Shown: positions 17,857 to 27,778, counted from the stretch's first letter. The stretch: 64,000 bases of DNA from an uncultured Prevotella sp. (GCF_946407605.1 NZ_CAMJOS010000016.1:20800-84799), one strand, 5' to 3'. The notes: generated by a model not told the origin, from the sequence alone. A program made the numbers and translations.

Positions 17857-19968
17857 TTATTTACTGTTGATGATGGTATAGTTAGTTACAGGGTTACCTT
17901 TCTCGTCGAGGAAGCGCACGCAGAAGTCGCTCATGCCAGGGCCGTTGATAATGGCACCACGCAGGATGTTGCGGCCCTTCTTCAGGGTGATGCGGCGCGA
18001 CATGCAGTCGTCCTTCACCATACGGCGGTCGCCGCTCATCAGCAGCACCTCTTCACCGTTGAGCCACCACATAGAGGCTGAGTTAGAACCTACAGCCAAG
18101 CGGATGTTCTCGATATCCTCGGGACAGTCGATGATGGTAACGCCCCAGAAGAGCACGCCATAGACCTTCTCGCCCCATTTCTCAGCGAAACGGAACAGCT
18201 TCACGTTGAAGCGGTCGCTATCGAGGGCATGCCAGGTGAGTGTCTGCTTCACGGTCTTCACTTCGGGCTGAGCAGGAGCCTGCTGCATGCCGCGGCCGAA
18301 GCCTGCAGGAGCCTGTTCCTGCTGGAACTCAGCCTTCACCTTCTGTCCGTCCTTTGGCACGATGGTCTGCTGGTCCTTGAAGTATGTGCGGTTGAAGTGT
18401 TCGCGCAGATAAGAGTCGGTGAACACGGTGTTGCCGCTGTTGGGCTTGTCGATAGGCTCAAGGAGCAGCCAACGACGGATGAAGCCTTCCTCATCAGGCT
18501 TGGCAGGAGTGGCTGTAGCAGGTGTGAAGTACTTGGGACGGTTCTTGAACTGTACCCAGTCAACACCCAGGGCACCATCACCTTCGTTGGTGATGACGAG
18601 GTCGGTAACACCGCTGGGCTTATAATCCAAGGCTACAGTCTGGGTGAGCCACTGGTTGCGGTTGTCACGACGGAAACGGCTCATCATGCCGCCACCCTGA
18701 CCACCTGCGGGAGGCTCTGGGGGACGTACTGCCAGCTTGATGCGGGCGATGACCTTACCCTTGGCATTACCCTCACGGACACAGAACTCAGTGTCGTCGC
18801 TGGCCTTGACATTGATAATCATATAGCCATCGGTCATATTGCTGAAGTCAACATCGGCATAGCGCATCCAGCTGCCTTTCTTAGGCAGTTCGGCATAGTC
18901 GCCGCTGAAAGCACGGGTGGTGTCAACATGAGCGGTGGTCACATCGCTTGAAGCCTCGCTGTAGCGGTCAATCTGAATCTTCTCGGTGGCCTTGTTGATA
19001 CCTACGCCACGCATGGTCTCCTTCACCTCCTGGATGGTGCCGTCAGCATTGAAGGCCAGCTTCTCGATACATACCGAGCGGCGCTTGTCATCATTTGGCG
19101 AGAAGAAATTGGTGTGGTAGAAGATATACCACTGACCCTTGTAGTTCACAATGCTGTGGTGGTTGGTCCAGCAACCATTGGGATGCTCGGCCATGATGAG
19201 ACCCTTATACTCGTAAGGACCCATTGGATTCTTACTCATGGCATAACCCAGTACCTCGGTGTTCTCACGGACATAAGGATAGGTTAGATAGTACCAGCCG
19301 TTAGCCTCGAAAGCGAACGGACCCTCGGCCTGACGGCTAGGCAGACCCTCGAGACAGTTGACGCCAGTCATCTCTATCTCGCGGTTACCAAACTTAACTG
19401 TCGACTTGGGGTTGTCCTCGGCCAGCTCCTTCATGTTGGGCTTCAGTTTGGCGCAACGGCCATTGCCCCAGAAGATATAGGCATTGCCGTCAGAGGCCTG
19501 AAGCACGCAGGGGTCGATGCCGTTGATACCCTTGATGGGCTCTGGCTCGGGGATGAACGGACCCTCGGGACTGTCGGCAATAGCTACGCCAACTGCGAAG
19601 CCGCCACGACCCTCAGCAGGTGCAGAGGGGAAATAGAAATAGTACTTTCCATTACGCTCCACGCAGTCGGGAGCCCACATAGAGTAAGAGTCTTTTCTCA
19701 CCCAGGGTACTTTGTTCTGGGTGACAATCACGCCATGGTCAGTCCAGTCGGTAAGGTTTTCTGACGAGAAGACATGATAGTCTTCCATGCAGAACCAGTC
19801 CTGACGCTGTCCCTGAGGGGGCATGATGTCGTGTGAAGGGTACAGATACACCTTGTTGTTAAACACACGAGCTGTAGGGTCAGCCGAGAACAGGTCTCGG
19901 ATGACGGGGTTCTGGGCTGTTGCCATCATGGGCAAAGCTAGCAGAACACAGGCTATGGTTTTTTTCAT
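17857..19968 (-). CDS. GH43 beta-xylosidase/alpha-L-arabinofuranosidase with CBM6-like and C-terminal jelly-roll domains
   Basis: The ATG at 19968 (MKKTIACVLLALPMMATAQ) is preferred, because the listed start at 19974 is a TTG. GH43 N-terminus (NPVIRDLFSADPTARVF). Confidence 0.8.
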   Translation of the reverse strand: MKKTIACVLLALPMMATAQNPVIRDLFSADPTARVFNNKVYLYPSHDIMPPQGQRQDWFCMEDYHVFSSENLTDWTDHGVIVTQNKVPWVRKDSYSMWAPDCVERNGKYYFYFPSAPAEGRGGFAVGVAIADSPEGPFIPEPEPIKGINGIDPCVLQASDGNAYIFWGNGRCAKLKPNMKELAEDNPKSTVKFGNREIEMTGVNCLEGLPSRQAEGPFAFEANGWYYLTYPYVRENTEVLGYAMSKNPMGPYEYKGLIMAEHPNGCWTNHHSIVNYKGQWYIFYHTNFFSPNDDKRRSVCIEKLAFNADGTIQEVKETMRGVGINKATEKIQIDRYSEASSDVTTAHVDTTRAFSGDYAELPKKGSWMRYADVDFSNMTDGYMIINVKASDDTEFCVREGNAKGKVIARIKLAVRPPEPPAGGQGGGMMSRFRRDNRNQWLTQTVALDYKPSGVTDLVITNEGDGALGVDWVQFKNRPKYFTPATATPAKPDEEGFIRRWLLLEPIDKPNSGNTVFTDSYLREHFNRTYFKDQQTIVPKDGQKVKAEFQQEQAPAGFGRGMQQAPAQPEVKTVKQTLTWHALDSDRFNVKLFRFAEKWGEKVYGVLFWGVTIIDCPEDIENIRLAVGSNSASMWWLNGEEVLLMSGDRRMVKDDCMSRRITLKKGRNILRGAIINGPGMSDFCVRFLDEKGNPVTNYTIINSK

Positions 19969-20007
19969 AAACAATTAATTGGGGTTTGTTAGTTATTAAT
20001 GATGCTT

Positions 20008-21798
20008 TTATTTCTTGTTAGCGAATTGTCCGAAATACTCCAAACAAACATCGCGCCACAGACGGGCATCCTGTTGCTGAAAAGCCATGAGGTCGGCCAC
20101 CTCCTGCCAGCGTTGCTCGTCGATATAGGGCTTGACCTGCTGCCATACGGCGGCAAAGTCGTCAACCTCAGCCACTCCGCGGTTATAATGCCATTGCAGC
20201 TCCTCCCACAAGGTGCGACCGCTGTTCATGCGGCGTGTCCAGGGTACTCGATGGAACCACAGCAGGAAACGCTCTGGACAGGTATTCACATCATCGTAGA
20301 GCGAGCAGTAGGGCTCGGGATACTGTGCAGTGGCGTTCGAACCCGTGTGACTTCTGTCGAAACCGATGCTATCGGCATTGGCACGGTGGTAGTACACAGG
20401 ACACCACTCAATAGGATAGCTGCGGATAAAGCCGCCAGGCTGGGGACCCATGTGGTGGTCGAACTTGAAGATATGGTGCAGACCCAGTGGCATCATATAG
20501 TCCACACAGGCCTCGCGACTGCGGAGCATCACGGATACAAGTTGAGATTTGAGATTTTGAGATTTATTGCTACTCTCATCATCAAAGGTCTGAGCAAGCC
20601 ACTCTTCTGCAATCTTCTTCGACGACAGCATGGGGTTCCACGCCAGTCGGCCGAAGGCATACCAGTTGGCCTGCGAGAAGTGATGTCCGCACCAGTTGGT
20701 GTCGAGGCCAATGTTAGCCACGCCTGCAATGCCCACCAGTTGCTGGGGACTGACATAGGAGAAGAACTCCTTCCACATGGGAGCCAGATAGACCAGGTGC
20801 TTGCTCTGGCCCAGATATTCCTGGGTAATCTGCAGCTCAGCCATCTGCGGGGTCTTCTTCATCTGATGGAAGATGGGAGCGTAGGGCTCTCGGGGTTGGA
20901 AGTCCAGCGGACCGTTCTTTGACTGCAGGATGACATTGTCGCGGAACTGTCCGTCGAGTTCGGCAAACTCCGAAACGGCCTGCTTCACGCGATCTTCTCC
21001 CTTATGCTTGGCACCATAGACAAACGAACGCCACATGACGATGCCGCCATAGGGTTTCAGCGCGTCGGCCAGCATATTGGCGCCGTCGGCATGGGTGCGA
21101 CCATAGTCGAACGGACCAGGCTGTCCCTCGCTATTGGCCTTGACCAGGAAACCACCAAAGTCGGGGATGACAGCGTAGATCTCCTTCACCTTCTTCTGCC
21201 ACCACTGTCGAACCTTCGGGTCAAGCGGGTCGGCAGTCGTCAGGTCGCCTAATGCCTTGGGCGAGCCGAAGTTGACGGAGATATAAACCCTGATGCCCCA
21301 GGGACGCAGGATGTCGGCCACCTCTTTCACCTTATTAATATATATAGAGGTGAGCATCTTCGGCGAGGCGTTCACATTATTGAGCACCGTGCCGTTGATG
21401 CCTATCGAGGCGTTGGCCTCGGCATATTTCTCTATCAGGCTGTGGTCTATCTCCAAGCGGTTGTTCCAGAATATGCTCTTGCCAGCGTAGCCGCGCTCGA
21501 TGCTACCATCGATATTGTCCCAATGGTTCAGGATGCGCAACTTGTAGTAGGGGTGCGACTCACCCTGCTCGCCACGCAACAGGGCATAGCGGCCATAGAG
21601 CAGTCCCATCTCGGTGCGGGCTGTAACAGTACGTCCGCTGATGCGGTAGCCGTCATCATCGGGCATCGTAGGGTCAATCTTCTGCGTGATATCCTTCGGC
21701 ATCTCGCCGCGCAGCCACAGACGACTGCCGTCCTCTGCCCAGACTACGGTAGTCAGGCAGAGGACCAACAGGGTGATGATTGTTCTTGATTTACTCAT
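20008..21798 (-). CDS. Alpha-glucuronidase, GH67
   Basis: GH67-like along its whole length (EDGSRLWLRG..., ...REACVDYMMPLGLHHIF...). Starting at 21798 gives the signal peptide MSKSRTIITLLVLCL. The alternative ATG at 21822 overlaps the upstream gene by 32 nt. Confidence 0.85.
   Translation of the reverse strand: MSKSRTIITLLVLCLTTVVWAEDGSRLWLRGEMPKDITQKIDPTMPDDDGYRISGRTVTARTEMGLLYGRYALLRGEQGESHPYYKLRILNHWDNIDGSIERGYAGKSIFWNNRLEIDHSLIEKYAEANASIGINGTVLNNVNASPKMLTSIYINKVKEVADILRPWGIRVYISVNFGSPKALGDLTTADPLDPKVRQWWQKKVKEIYAVIPDFGGFLVKANSEGQPGPFDYGRTHADGANMLADALKPYGGIVMWRSFVYGAKHKGEDRVKQAVSEFAELDGQFRDNVILQSKNGPLDFQPREPYAPIFHQMKKTPQMAELQITQEYLGQSKHLVYLAPMWKEFFSYVSPQQLVGIAGVANIGLDTNWCGHHFSQANWYAFGRLAWNPMLSSKKIAEEWLAQTFDDESSNKSQNLKSQLVSVMLRSREACVDYMMPLGLHHIFKFDHHMGPQPGGFIRSYPIEWCPVYYHRANADSIGFDRSHTGSNATAQYPEPYCSLYDDVNTCPERFLLWFHRVPWTRRMNSGRTLWEELQWHYNRGVAEVDDFAAVWQQVKPYIDEQRWQEVADLMAFQQQDARLWRDVCLEYFGQFANKK
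20542..20563 (+). repeat. Three TTGAGAT units inside the GH67 coding sequence
   Basis: ttgagat ttgagat t ttgagat. It encodes NLKSQ in ...SSNKSQNLKSQLVS... on the minus strand. Confidence 0.7.
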
Positions 21799-22822
21799 TG
21801 ATAACGGTCTGAATGGTTCCATCTTCGTTGTAGAACAGACGCTGTACCTTCAGAGAACGCAGATGTGTGATGTCGTTAGAAGGCACGCAGTCGTGATACA
21901 GCAAATACCACTGACCTTTGAACTCCACAATACAGTGGTGGGTGGTCCAGCCTACGACGGGCTCGAGGATGACTCCCTGATAGGTGAAGGGACCGTAAGG
22001 GTTGTCACCAATGGCGTAGCACAGGAAATGGCTGTCGCCAGTAGAGTAGCTGAAGTAGTACTTGCCATTGTACTTATGCATCCAGCTTGCCTCGAAGAAA
22101 CGATGCGGGTCACTGGCCTTCAGGGGATGTCCGTTTTTGTCGAGGATAACCACGGGACGTGGAGCCTCTGTAAACTGCAGCACGTCGTCGCTCATCTTCA
22201 CCACATAGCTCGACAGGGCAGGAGCATCGGCAGGTGCCCACAGTTCGGTCTTCTTGTCAGAAGCATGACCAATGTCGACATAGCCGGCAGGAGCGGCCTG
22301 GGTGTCGGGCTGCTGGATGGGCTTTACACTCAGAGGTACATGCCACTGAAGCTGTCCGCCCCACAGTCCACCATAGTAGCAGTAGATGGTGCCGTCATCG
22401 TCCTTGAACACACAGGGGTCGATGCTGTAAGCGCCGCGGATGGGGTGCTCCTGAGGGATGAACGGACCCTCGGGCTTGTCGGCGATAGCTACGCCGAGGT
22501 GGAACTCACCATTATAGTCCTTGGCCGAATATACCAGATAGTACTTGCCGTTCTTCTCAACGACGTCGCTGTCCCACAACTGCTTCTCTACCCAGGCAAT
22601 CTGATCCTGATCGAGAATCACGCCATGGTCTGTTACAGGACCGTTCTCAATATCGTCGAACGACAGCACGTGGTAGTCGCGCATCTGGAAGTGTCCGCCA
22701 TCATCGTCAAACACATTGTCGCACTCACGGTCATGTGAAGGGTAGATGTACAACTTGCCGTTAAACACATGGGCCGCAGGGTCGGCCATATAATCACTGG
22801 GGAAAAGATACCTAGGTTTCAT
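21791..22822 (-). CDS. GH43 beta-xylosidase/alpha-L-arabinofuranosidase (cytoplasmic type)
   Basis: 343 aa with no signal peptide. GH43 N-terminus (DYMADPAAHVFNGKLYIYPSHD). Confidence 0.85.
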   Translation of the reverse strand: MKPRYLFPSDYMADPAAHVFNGKLYIYPSHDRECDNVFDDDGGHFQMRDYHVLSFDDIENGPVTDHGVILDQDQIAWVEKQLWDSDVVEKNGKYYLVYSAKDYNGEFHLGVAIADKPEGPFIPQEHPIRGAYSIDPCVFKDDDGTIYCYYGGLWGGQLQWHVPLSVKPIQQPDTQAAPAGYVDIGHASDKKTELWAPADAPALSSYVVKMSDDVLQFTEAPRPVVILDKNGHPLKASDPHRFFEASWMHKYNGKYYFSYSTGDSHFLCYAIGDNPYGPFTYQGVILEPVVGWTTHHCIVEFKGQWYLLYHDCVPSNDITHLRSLKVQRLFYNEDGTIQTVINE

Positions 22823-22879
22823 AATGCTTGTTTTTTTAGTTATTATTGTTACGTTAATTCGTTATCACGTCATCACGAC

Positions 22880-23989
22880 TCACTGATAGAGCTTGATGAT
22901 TTCGTTGATGACAGGTTTCTCCTTATACTGACGGTCGAAGAGCAGCGGATAGTTGGTGCGCCCCTTCACAGGCCAGCCGTTAAGCCAGGAACCACCGTCG
23001 CTGACACCCCACAGGTTGATGCGGGCAATCTGAGAGCGGTGCTTGTAGTAGATGTTGAAGAGGTCGAGCCAGCGCTTGTCCACTTCCTTCTGCTTGGCAG
23101 CAGGCAATCCAGCGGTGTAGGGGTTGTACTTCTGCTGCAATTCGAAGTTCTGGGCGATATCGGCACCACCGAAACCCTCGGGGTTGGGTAGCACGTTCAA
23201 GTCTAGTTCGGTAATCATCACCTTCACACCACAGGCGGCAAAGGCGTCGATGCTCTTCTCGTACTCAGCAAGGTTGGGGTAGTCCAGACCGTTATGGCTT
23301 TGCATACCTACACCATCGATGCGCAAGCCTTTGGCTTTCAGGTTCTTCACCAGACGACAAACAGCTTCGCGCTTCTTCTCGCCTGCCATCGAATAGTCGT
23401 TGTAGTACAACTCGGCATCAGGGTCGGCTTCATGGGCCGTGCGGAAGGCAATCTCGATAAACTCCTCGCCCAACAGGTTGTAATAGGGTGACTTACGGAA
23501 GGAACCGTCGTCCTCGATGGCTTCGTTCACCACATCCCAACCGTGTACCTGACCTTTATAATGGCCTACCACCGTCTTGATATGTTTGATGAGACGGGCC
23601 TTCACCACTTCCTTCGAAGCAGGTGAGGCTGCATAACCATTGGTGAACCACCAGTCGGGAGCCTGAGAGTGCCATACCAGACAGTGGCCTATGACCTTCA
23701 GCTTGTGCTGTTCGCAGTAGCTCACGAACTTGTCGGCCACACGGAAGTCGAAGATGCCTTCTGCAGGAGCCAGCGACTCGGGTTTCATACAGTTCTCGGC
23801 CACGGCGCAGTTGAAGTGCTTGTCAGTGATAGCGTCAGCCTCAGGCACCTGTCCGTCGCTCTGCCACTGGTTGATGGCAGCGCCAATGAGGCAGTACTTG
23901 CCTATGGCATCCTTCAGTCCCTGCTGGGCCATTGATGCCAGCGGCATCATGGCCAGACAGAGAGCAAGTGTCTTTATGTTTTTATTCAT
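22880..23989 (-). CDS. Endo-1,4-beta-xylanase, GH10
   Basis: Signal peptide. WDVVNEA (acid/base Glu) and ITELD (nucleophile Glu) motifs. The start overlaps the transporter stop as ATGA. Confidence 0.9.
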   Translation of the reverse strand: MNKNIKTLALCLAMMPLASMAQQGLKDAIGKYCLIGAAINQWQSDGQVPEADAITDKHFNCAVAENCMKPESLAPAEGIFDFRVADKFVSYCEQHKLKVIGHCLVWHSQAPDWWFTNGYAASPASKEVVKARLIKHIKTVVGHYKGQVHGWDVVNEAIEDDGSFRKSPYYNLLGEEFIEIAFRTAHEADPDAELYYNDYSMAGEKKREAVCRLVKNLKAKGLRIDGVGMQSHNGLDYPNLAEYEKSIDAFAACGVKVMITELDLNVLPNPEGFGGADIAQNFELQQKYNPYTAGLPAAKQKEVDKRWLDLFNIYYKHRSQIARINLWGVSDGGSWLNGWPVKGRTNYPLLFDRQYKEKPVINEIIKLYQ

Positions 23990-25389
23990 TTGTTGCGTGC
24001 TTCAATTTCTTGGTTAATCTCATCCAGTCTCTCATCGGTAAGCGGATACTTGTAGATGAGGTATCCTACAACGACAAGGAGGGCGGCGGGAATGATGCAG
24101 GTGAATATCAGAATGGCATTCTGTGCAATCTCAGAATAGTTGGCCAACTTTGTATAGTAAGCATTTACTGGTGCGCTGATGAAAGATGCCAGGAACACCA
24201 CCACAAAGATGCTCAGCACCAACTGGAGACACTTGTTGGCCTTGAATTCCTGCCACATCTCACCGAATGATACGGGTTTCTCGGGTGTTGTCGTGATATT
24301 CTCCTTGCTGCCCATGAAGCAAAGCATCAAGAGGATGAAGCCTACGAGGGCAAACACACAGGTGACTGTAAACCACGCACTGGGCTCGATGGGCAGAGCT
24401 GACTCCTCGCTGGCAAAGTTGAAGCCAATCCATCCCATCACCAGCGGTGTAATCCAACCGGCGATAGAGAAGCCTGCCTTGAAAGCCACACCGGCAAGGG
24501 CGTTGACGGTGGCTGCAGGTCTGTTGCCAGTACGATACTCTGCCTCGGTGATGACCTCAGGCACCAAGGCCCACATCAGTGAACCTACCAGCAGTCCTAC
24601 ACCTGTCATAACCTTTGCAATCTGGACAACCGTATTGAGGCTCTCTACATCAAAGAATTTACCGATAGTGAACAGGATGGCAAATCCTATGAGACCAATA
24701 GAGAGAAGGGTATAGTAAAGACCTTTCTTACCCAGCCATTTCTTCAGTACTGGCAGCATAGGCAGGATGACGAAGGCGGGAATGGTTCCGATGGCCATGA
24801 AGGTAGCCTGATTCCAGTCGATGGCGGTATGGACACACATGGCGAGTCCGATGGGGAAACCAGCCTGAACGACAATCTGACCGATATTGGCACATACCAT
24901 TCGTGTAGAGGTGAGAATGAGTACCTCGTCGTTGTCACGTGTCATACTGGCCATGATCGAGCCATAGGGGATGTTTACCACTGAGTAGATCATGCTCAGC
25001 ACGGTGTAGCTCACCGTGGCATAGATAATCTTTGCAGTGGTGCCCCATTCTGCAGCCTGAGGCAGCATCAGCAGACAGGCGGCAACGGTAAGGGGGATAC
25101 CACCATAGAGGAGGTAAGCACGATACTTGCCTAACTTAGGATTGCGGTTGTCAATATAACGTCCTACTACGGGACTCCAGAAACAGTCTATGAGGCGAAC
25201 GGCGAGAATCAGTCCGCTGACAAAGGCTGGGTTCAGTTTCAATACCGTAGTCAGGTAAATCATCAGGTAGCATGCTACCGTCTGAAAAATCAAGTTTTGC
25301 GCCAGGTCACCCGAACCGAAGCCGATGCGCTGGAGCCACGAAAGTTTGTAGAATCCTTTTGATTCCTGATTAATAGTAACTGTTGACAT
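23986..25389 (-). CDS. Glycoside-pentoside-hexuronide (GPH):cation symporter, probable xylo-oligosaccharide transporter
   Basis: 467 aa, 12-TM MFS/GPH pattern. It is the first gene of the xylan operon. Confidence 0.85.
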   Translation of the reverse strand: MSTVTINQESKGFYKLSWLQRIGFGSGDLAQNLIFQTVACYLMIYLTTVLKLNPAFVSGLILAVRLIDCFWSPVVGRYIDNRNPKLGKYRAYLLYGGIPLTVAACLLMLPQAAEWGTTAKIIYATVSYTVLSMIYSVVNIPYGSIMASMTRDNDEVLILTSTRMVCANIGQIVVQAGFPIGLAMCVHTAIDWNQATFMAIGTIPAFVILPMLPVLKKWLGKKGLYYTLLSIGLIGFAILFTIGKFFDVESLNTVVQIAKVMTGVGLLVGSLMWALVPEVITEAEYRTGNRPAATVNALAGVAFKAGFSIAGWITPLVMGWIGFNFASEESALPIEPSAWFTVTCVFALVGFILLMLCFMGSKENITTTPEKPVSFGEMWQEFKANKCLQLVLSIFVVVFLASFISAPVNAYYTKLANYSEIAQNAILIFTCIIPAALLVVVGYLIYKYPLTDERLDEINQEIEARNK

Positions 25390-25420
25390 AATTATTGATT
25401 GTTGTTGTGTATTTTGCTTG

Positions 25421-25428
25421 CAAAGGTA
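25421..25428 (-). promoter_or_regulatory. -7 box TAccTTTG (minus strand) for the xylan operon
   Basis: Consensus match 32 nt upstream of the transporter ATG at 25389. Confidence 0.5.
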
Positions 25429-25536
25429 CTCGTTTTTTTTCGATAATGTCTTTTCTTATGTTTCATAATGCTATTCTAATTGTTTCATTTGTCTTAAAAA
25501 GTCTTTTGCTTTCTGCATAATAAGGCGGGAAATGTG

Positions 25537-25544
25537 TATTTTTG
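25537..25544 (+). promoter_or_regulatory. -7 box TAttTTTG for the esterase gene
   Basis: Consensus match 7 nt before the ATG at 25552. Confidence 0.5.
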
Positions 25545-25551
25545 CACTGTT

Positions 25552-27507
25552 ATGAAAAAGACTATCACTATGCTATGGACACTCGTGCTGAGTGTCACTC
25601 TGTGTCATGCCGAGGTGCGCTTGCCACAGATTTTCCAGTCGGGAATGGTGCTTCAGAGAGGTACAGAGATTCCTGTGTGGGGACAGGCCAGTCCTCAGGA
25701 AACGGTTATCGTTACCCTGAATAAAAAGCGTGCTACCGCTGTGGCTGATGCCAGCGGACGGTGGCGCGTTGACTTGCCTGCGATGAAGGCTGGCGGCCCT
25801 TATGTGTTAGAGATAAAGGGTCAAGGGGCTGAGACCAAGACACTCACCGATGTTTGGATTGGCGATGTGTGGCTCTGCTCGGGCCAGTCGAACATGGAGA
25901 CCACGTTAGAGCGTGTGTCGCCGCAGTATCCCGATGAACTGAACGATAGTAATAATATGGTGCGGCTGTTTCATGTGCAGTATCAGACCGACACCCGTCA
26001 GCCCTCGGCCGACCTGCGCCCTACATCGTGGCAGCCTCTGAATCGTAAGAACGCATGGACCTTCTCTTCTATTGGCTATTTCCTGGGCAAACAACTGCAG
26101 CGTGAGAAAGGTGTGGCACAGGGTATCATCGAGAGTGCCTGGGGTGGCACACCCATCGAGGCATGGATTTCTGCCGACACCTTGGCAAAATACTATCCGG
26201 TGATGCACCGTCAGACACAACTCTATCAGGAAGATACTTTCATCCAGGCTCAGCGTAGGGCCGGCACGCTGGCCGACCAGCGTTGGCAGGCTATTCTGAA
26301 CCAGGGCGACCCGGGCTTGGTGCCTGTGGAAGGTTCAAAGGGCGCACTGTGGACGCAATTGTCGTTCGACGATGCTTCGTGGGCCGAGGTAGACCAGTAT
26401 GACTTGACGGCCCAGCCTTCACCAATGGCAGGCCGTCGTAGCTGGATTGGCAGTCTGTGGTTGCGTCAGCATATCCATATTAGTAAAGAACATGCGGGTA
26501 AGGCGGCTCAACTGCTGCTGGGCACGCTCTACGACAGCGATGTTACTTATATTAATGGTGTTCAGGTGGGCAGCACAGGCTATCAGTATCCGCCACGCCG
26601 CTATCAGGTGCCGGAAGGCTTGCTGCGTGAGGGCGATAATGTCATCACCATTCGTTTTGTCAACAAGGGCGGCATGCCTTATTTCGTCAAGGAGAAACCC
26701 TATCGCTTGGTCTTTGCTACTGATGATATCCAGCCGCTGGGACAACGTTGGAAGATACAGACAGGACTGGAGATGCCAAACCCCATAGGCGTTGGCATAA
26801 ACCTACAGTATCAGCCATCGACACTCTTTAACGGTATGATTCATCCCATGGCGCCTTTCGCTGTAGCTGGCGTGGTGTGGTATCAGGGCGAGTCGAATGC
26901 TGATACGTCGCAGGCTCGAGAGTATGCCTCGCTGCTGCGTCTGATGATGGCCAACTGGCGTCAGACCTTCGAACGGCCAGAGATGCCGTTTGTCATCATC
27001 CAGCTGGCCAACTTCATGGAGCCGTCGGAACAGCCGCAGAATACGGGCTGGTCGATGGTGCGAGAGGCCCAGCGACTGGTGGCTAAGGAAGATACACGGG
27101 CCGAACTGGCTGTGACGATAGATAGGGGTGAGACAGTCGATATCCATCCACTGCGCAAGAAAGATGTGGCAGAGCGTGTGGCGTTGGCCTTCGAGCGTCT
27201 ACTGTGGAATCCGAAGGTCCAGTTGTCGCCTGAAGTGGAAATGGCTGTTGCCGAGGGTGGTCAGGTGGTCTGCACACTTTCGCAACCCTTGCAGACCAAT
27301 GGTCAGCTCTATGAGTTCGAGGTGGCTGGTAACGATGGACGTTATGTGAATGCTGTGGCTGAGGGTGCTGGTAGTACTATCGTCATCAAGTCGTCTGTGG
27401 CTAATCCTTCCTCTATTCGTTATGCCTGGAAGAACAATCCCATTCGTGCCAATGTCTATGGTAAGAATGGCTTGCCAATGAGTCCGTTCGAGATGAAGAT
27501 AAAATAA
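25552..27507 (+). CDS. SASA-family (sialate O-acetylesterase-like) carbohydrate esterase, probable acetyl-xylan esterase
   Basis: GDVWLCSGQSNME catalytic-Ser motif, an inserted galactose-binding-like jelly roll, and a signal peptide from the ATG at 25552. A -7 box at 25537-25544 argues against the listed start at 25534. Confidence 0.8.
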   Translation: MKKTITMLWTLVLSVTLCHAEVRLPQIFQSGMVLQRGTEIPVWGQASPQETVIVTLNKKRATAVADASGRWRVDLPAMKAGGPYVLEIKGQGAETKTLTDVWIGDVWLCSGQSNMETTLERVSPQYPDELNDSNNMVRLFHVQYQTDTRQPSADLRPTSWQPLNRKNAWTFSSIGYFLGKQLQREKGVAQGIIESAWGGTPIEAWISADTLAKYYPVMHRQTQLYQEDTFIQAQRRAGTLADQRWQAILNQGDPGLVPVEGSKGALWTQLSFDDASWAEVDQYDLTAQPSPMAGRRSWIGSLWLRQHIHISKEHAGKAAQLLLGTLYDSDVTYINGVQVGSTGYQYPPRRYQVPEGLLREGDNVITIRFVNKGGMPYFVKEKPYRLVFATDDIQPLGQRWKIQTGLEMPNPIGVGINLQYQPSTLFNGMIHPMAPFAVAGVVWYQGESNADTSQAREYASLLRLMMANWRQTFERPEMPFVIIQLANFMEPSEQPQNTGWSMVREAQRLVAKEDTRAELAVTIDRGETVDIHPLRKKDVAERVALAFERLLWNPKVQLSPEVEMAVAEGGQVVCTLSQPLQTNGQLYEFEVAGNDGRYVNAVAEGAGSTIVIKSSVANPSSIRYAWKNNPIRANVYGKNGLPMSPFEMKIK

Positions 27508-27541
27508 AAAACATCGATGAAATCGGCATTTTCTAAACAAT

Positions 27542-27565
27542 AAAAGAGGTCATTTGACCTCTTTT
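27542..27565 (+). terminator. Rho-independent terminator after the esterase gene
   Basis: AAAAGAGGTCA-TT-TGACCTCTTTT perfect 11-bp stem. Confidence 0.75.
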
Positions 27566-27568
27566 GTC

Positions 27569-27599
27569 GTGATCCGCTTGGGGTTGAATACCCCATAAC
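27569..27599 (-). pseudogene. Decayed fragment of the 3' end of tRNA-Lys
   Basis: The 17 nt GTGATCCGCTTGGGGTT at 27569-27585 are identical to 27675-27691. About 14 nt of degenerate similarity follow (GAA..ACCCCATAAC). Confidence 0.45.
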
Positions 27600-27623
27600 G
27601 CTGGCGCGAGCCATCGTACAAAC

Positions 27624-27665
27624 AAAAAAGACCCGAAGTTTGAAAGTAAACTTTCACTTCGAGTC
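27624..27665 (-). terminator. Terminator of tRNA-Lys (minus strand)
   Basis: On the minus strand, GACTCGAAGTGAAAGT-TT-ACTTTCAAACTTCGGGTC is followed by TTTTTTGTTTG, starting 11 nt after the tRNA 3' end. Confidence 0.75.
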
Positions 27666-27675
27666 TCTTTATTTG

Positions 27676-27748
27676 TGATCCGCTTGGGGTTCGAACCCAA
27701 GACCCCAACATTAAAAGTGTTGTGCTCTACCGACTGAGCTAGCGGATC
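27676..27748 (-). tRNA. tRNA-Lys (anticodon UUU)
   Basis: A hand-folded 73-nt cloverleaf: acceptor GATCCGC/GCGGATC, D arm GCTC/GAGC, anticodon arm CAACA-CTTTTAA-TGTTG, T arm TTGGG-TTCGAAC-CCCAA. CCA is not encoded. Confidence 0.93.
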
Positions 27749-27778
27749 TACCTTAGTGCTTTATTTGAAAAGCGGGTG

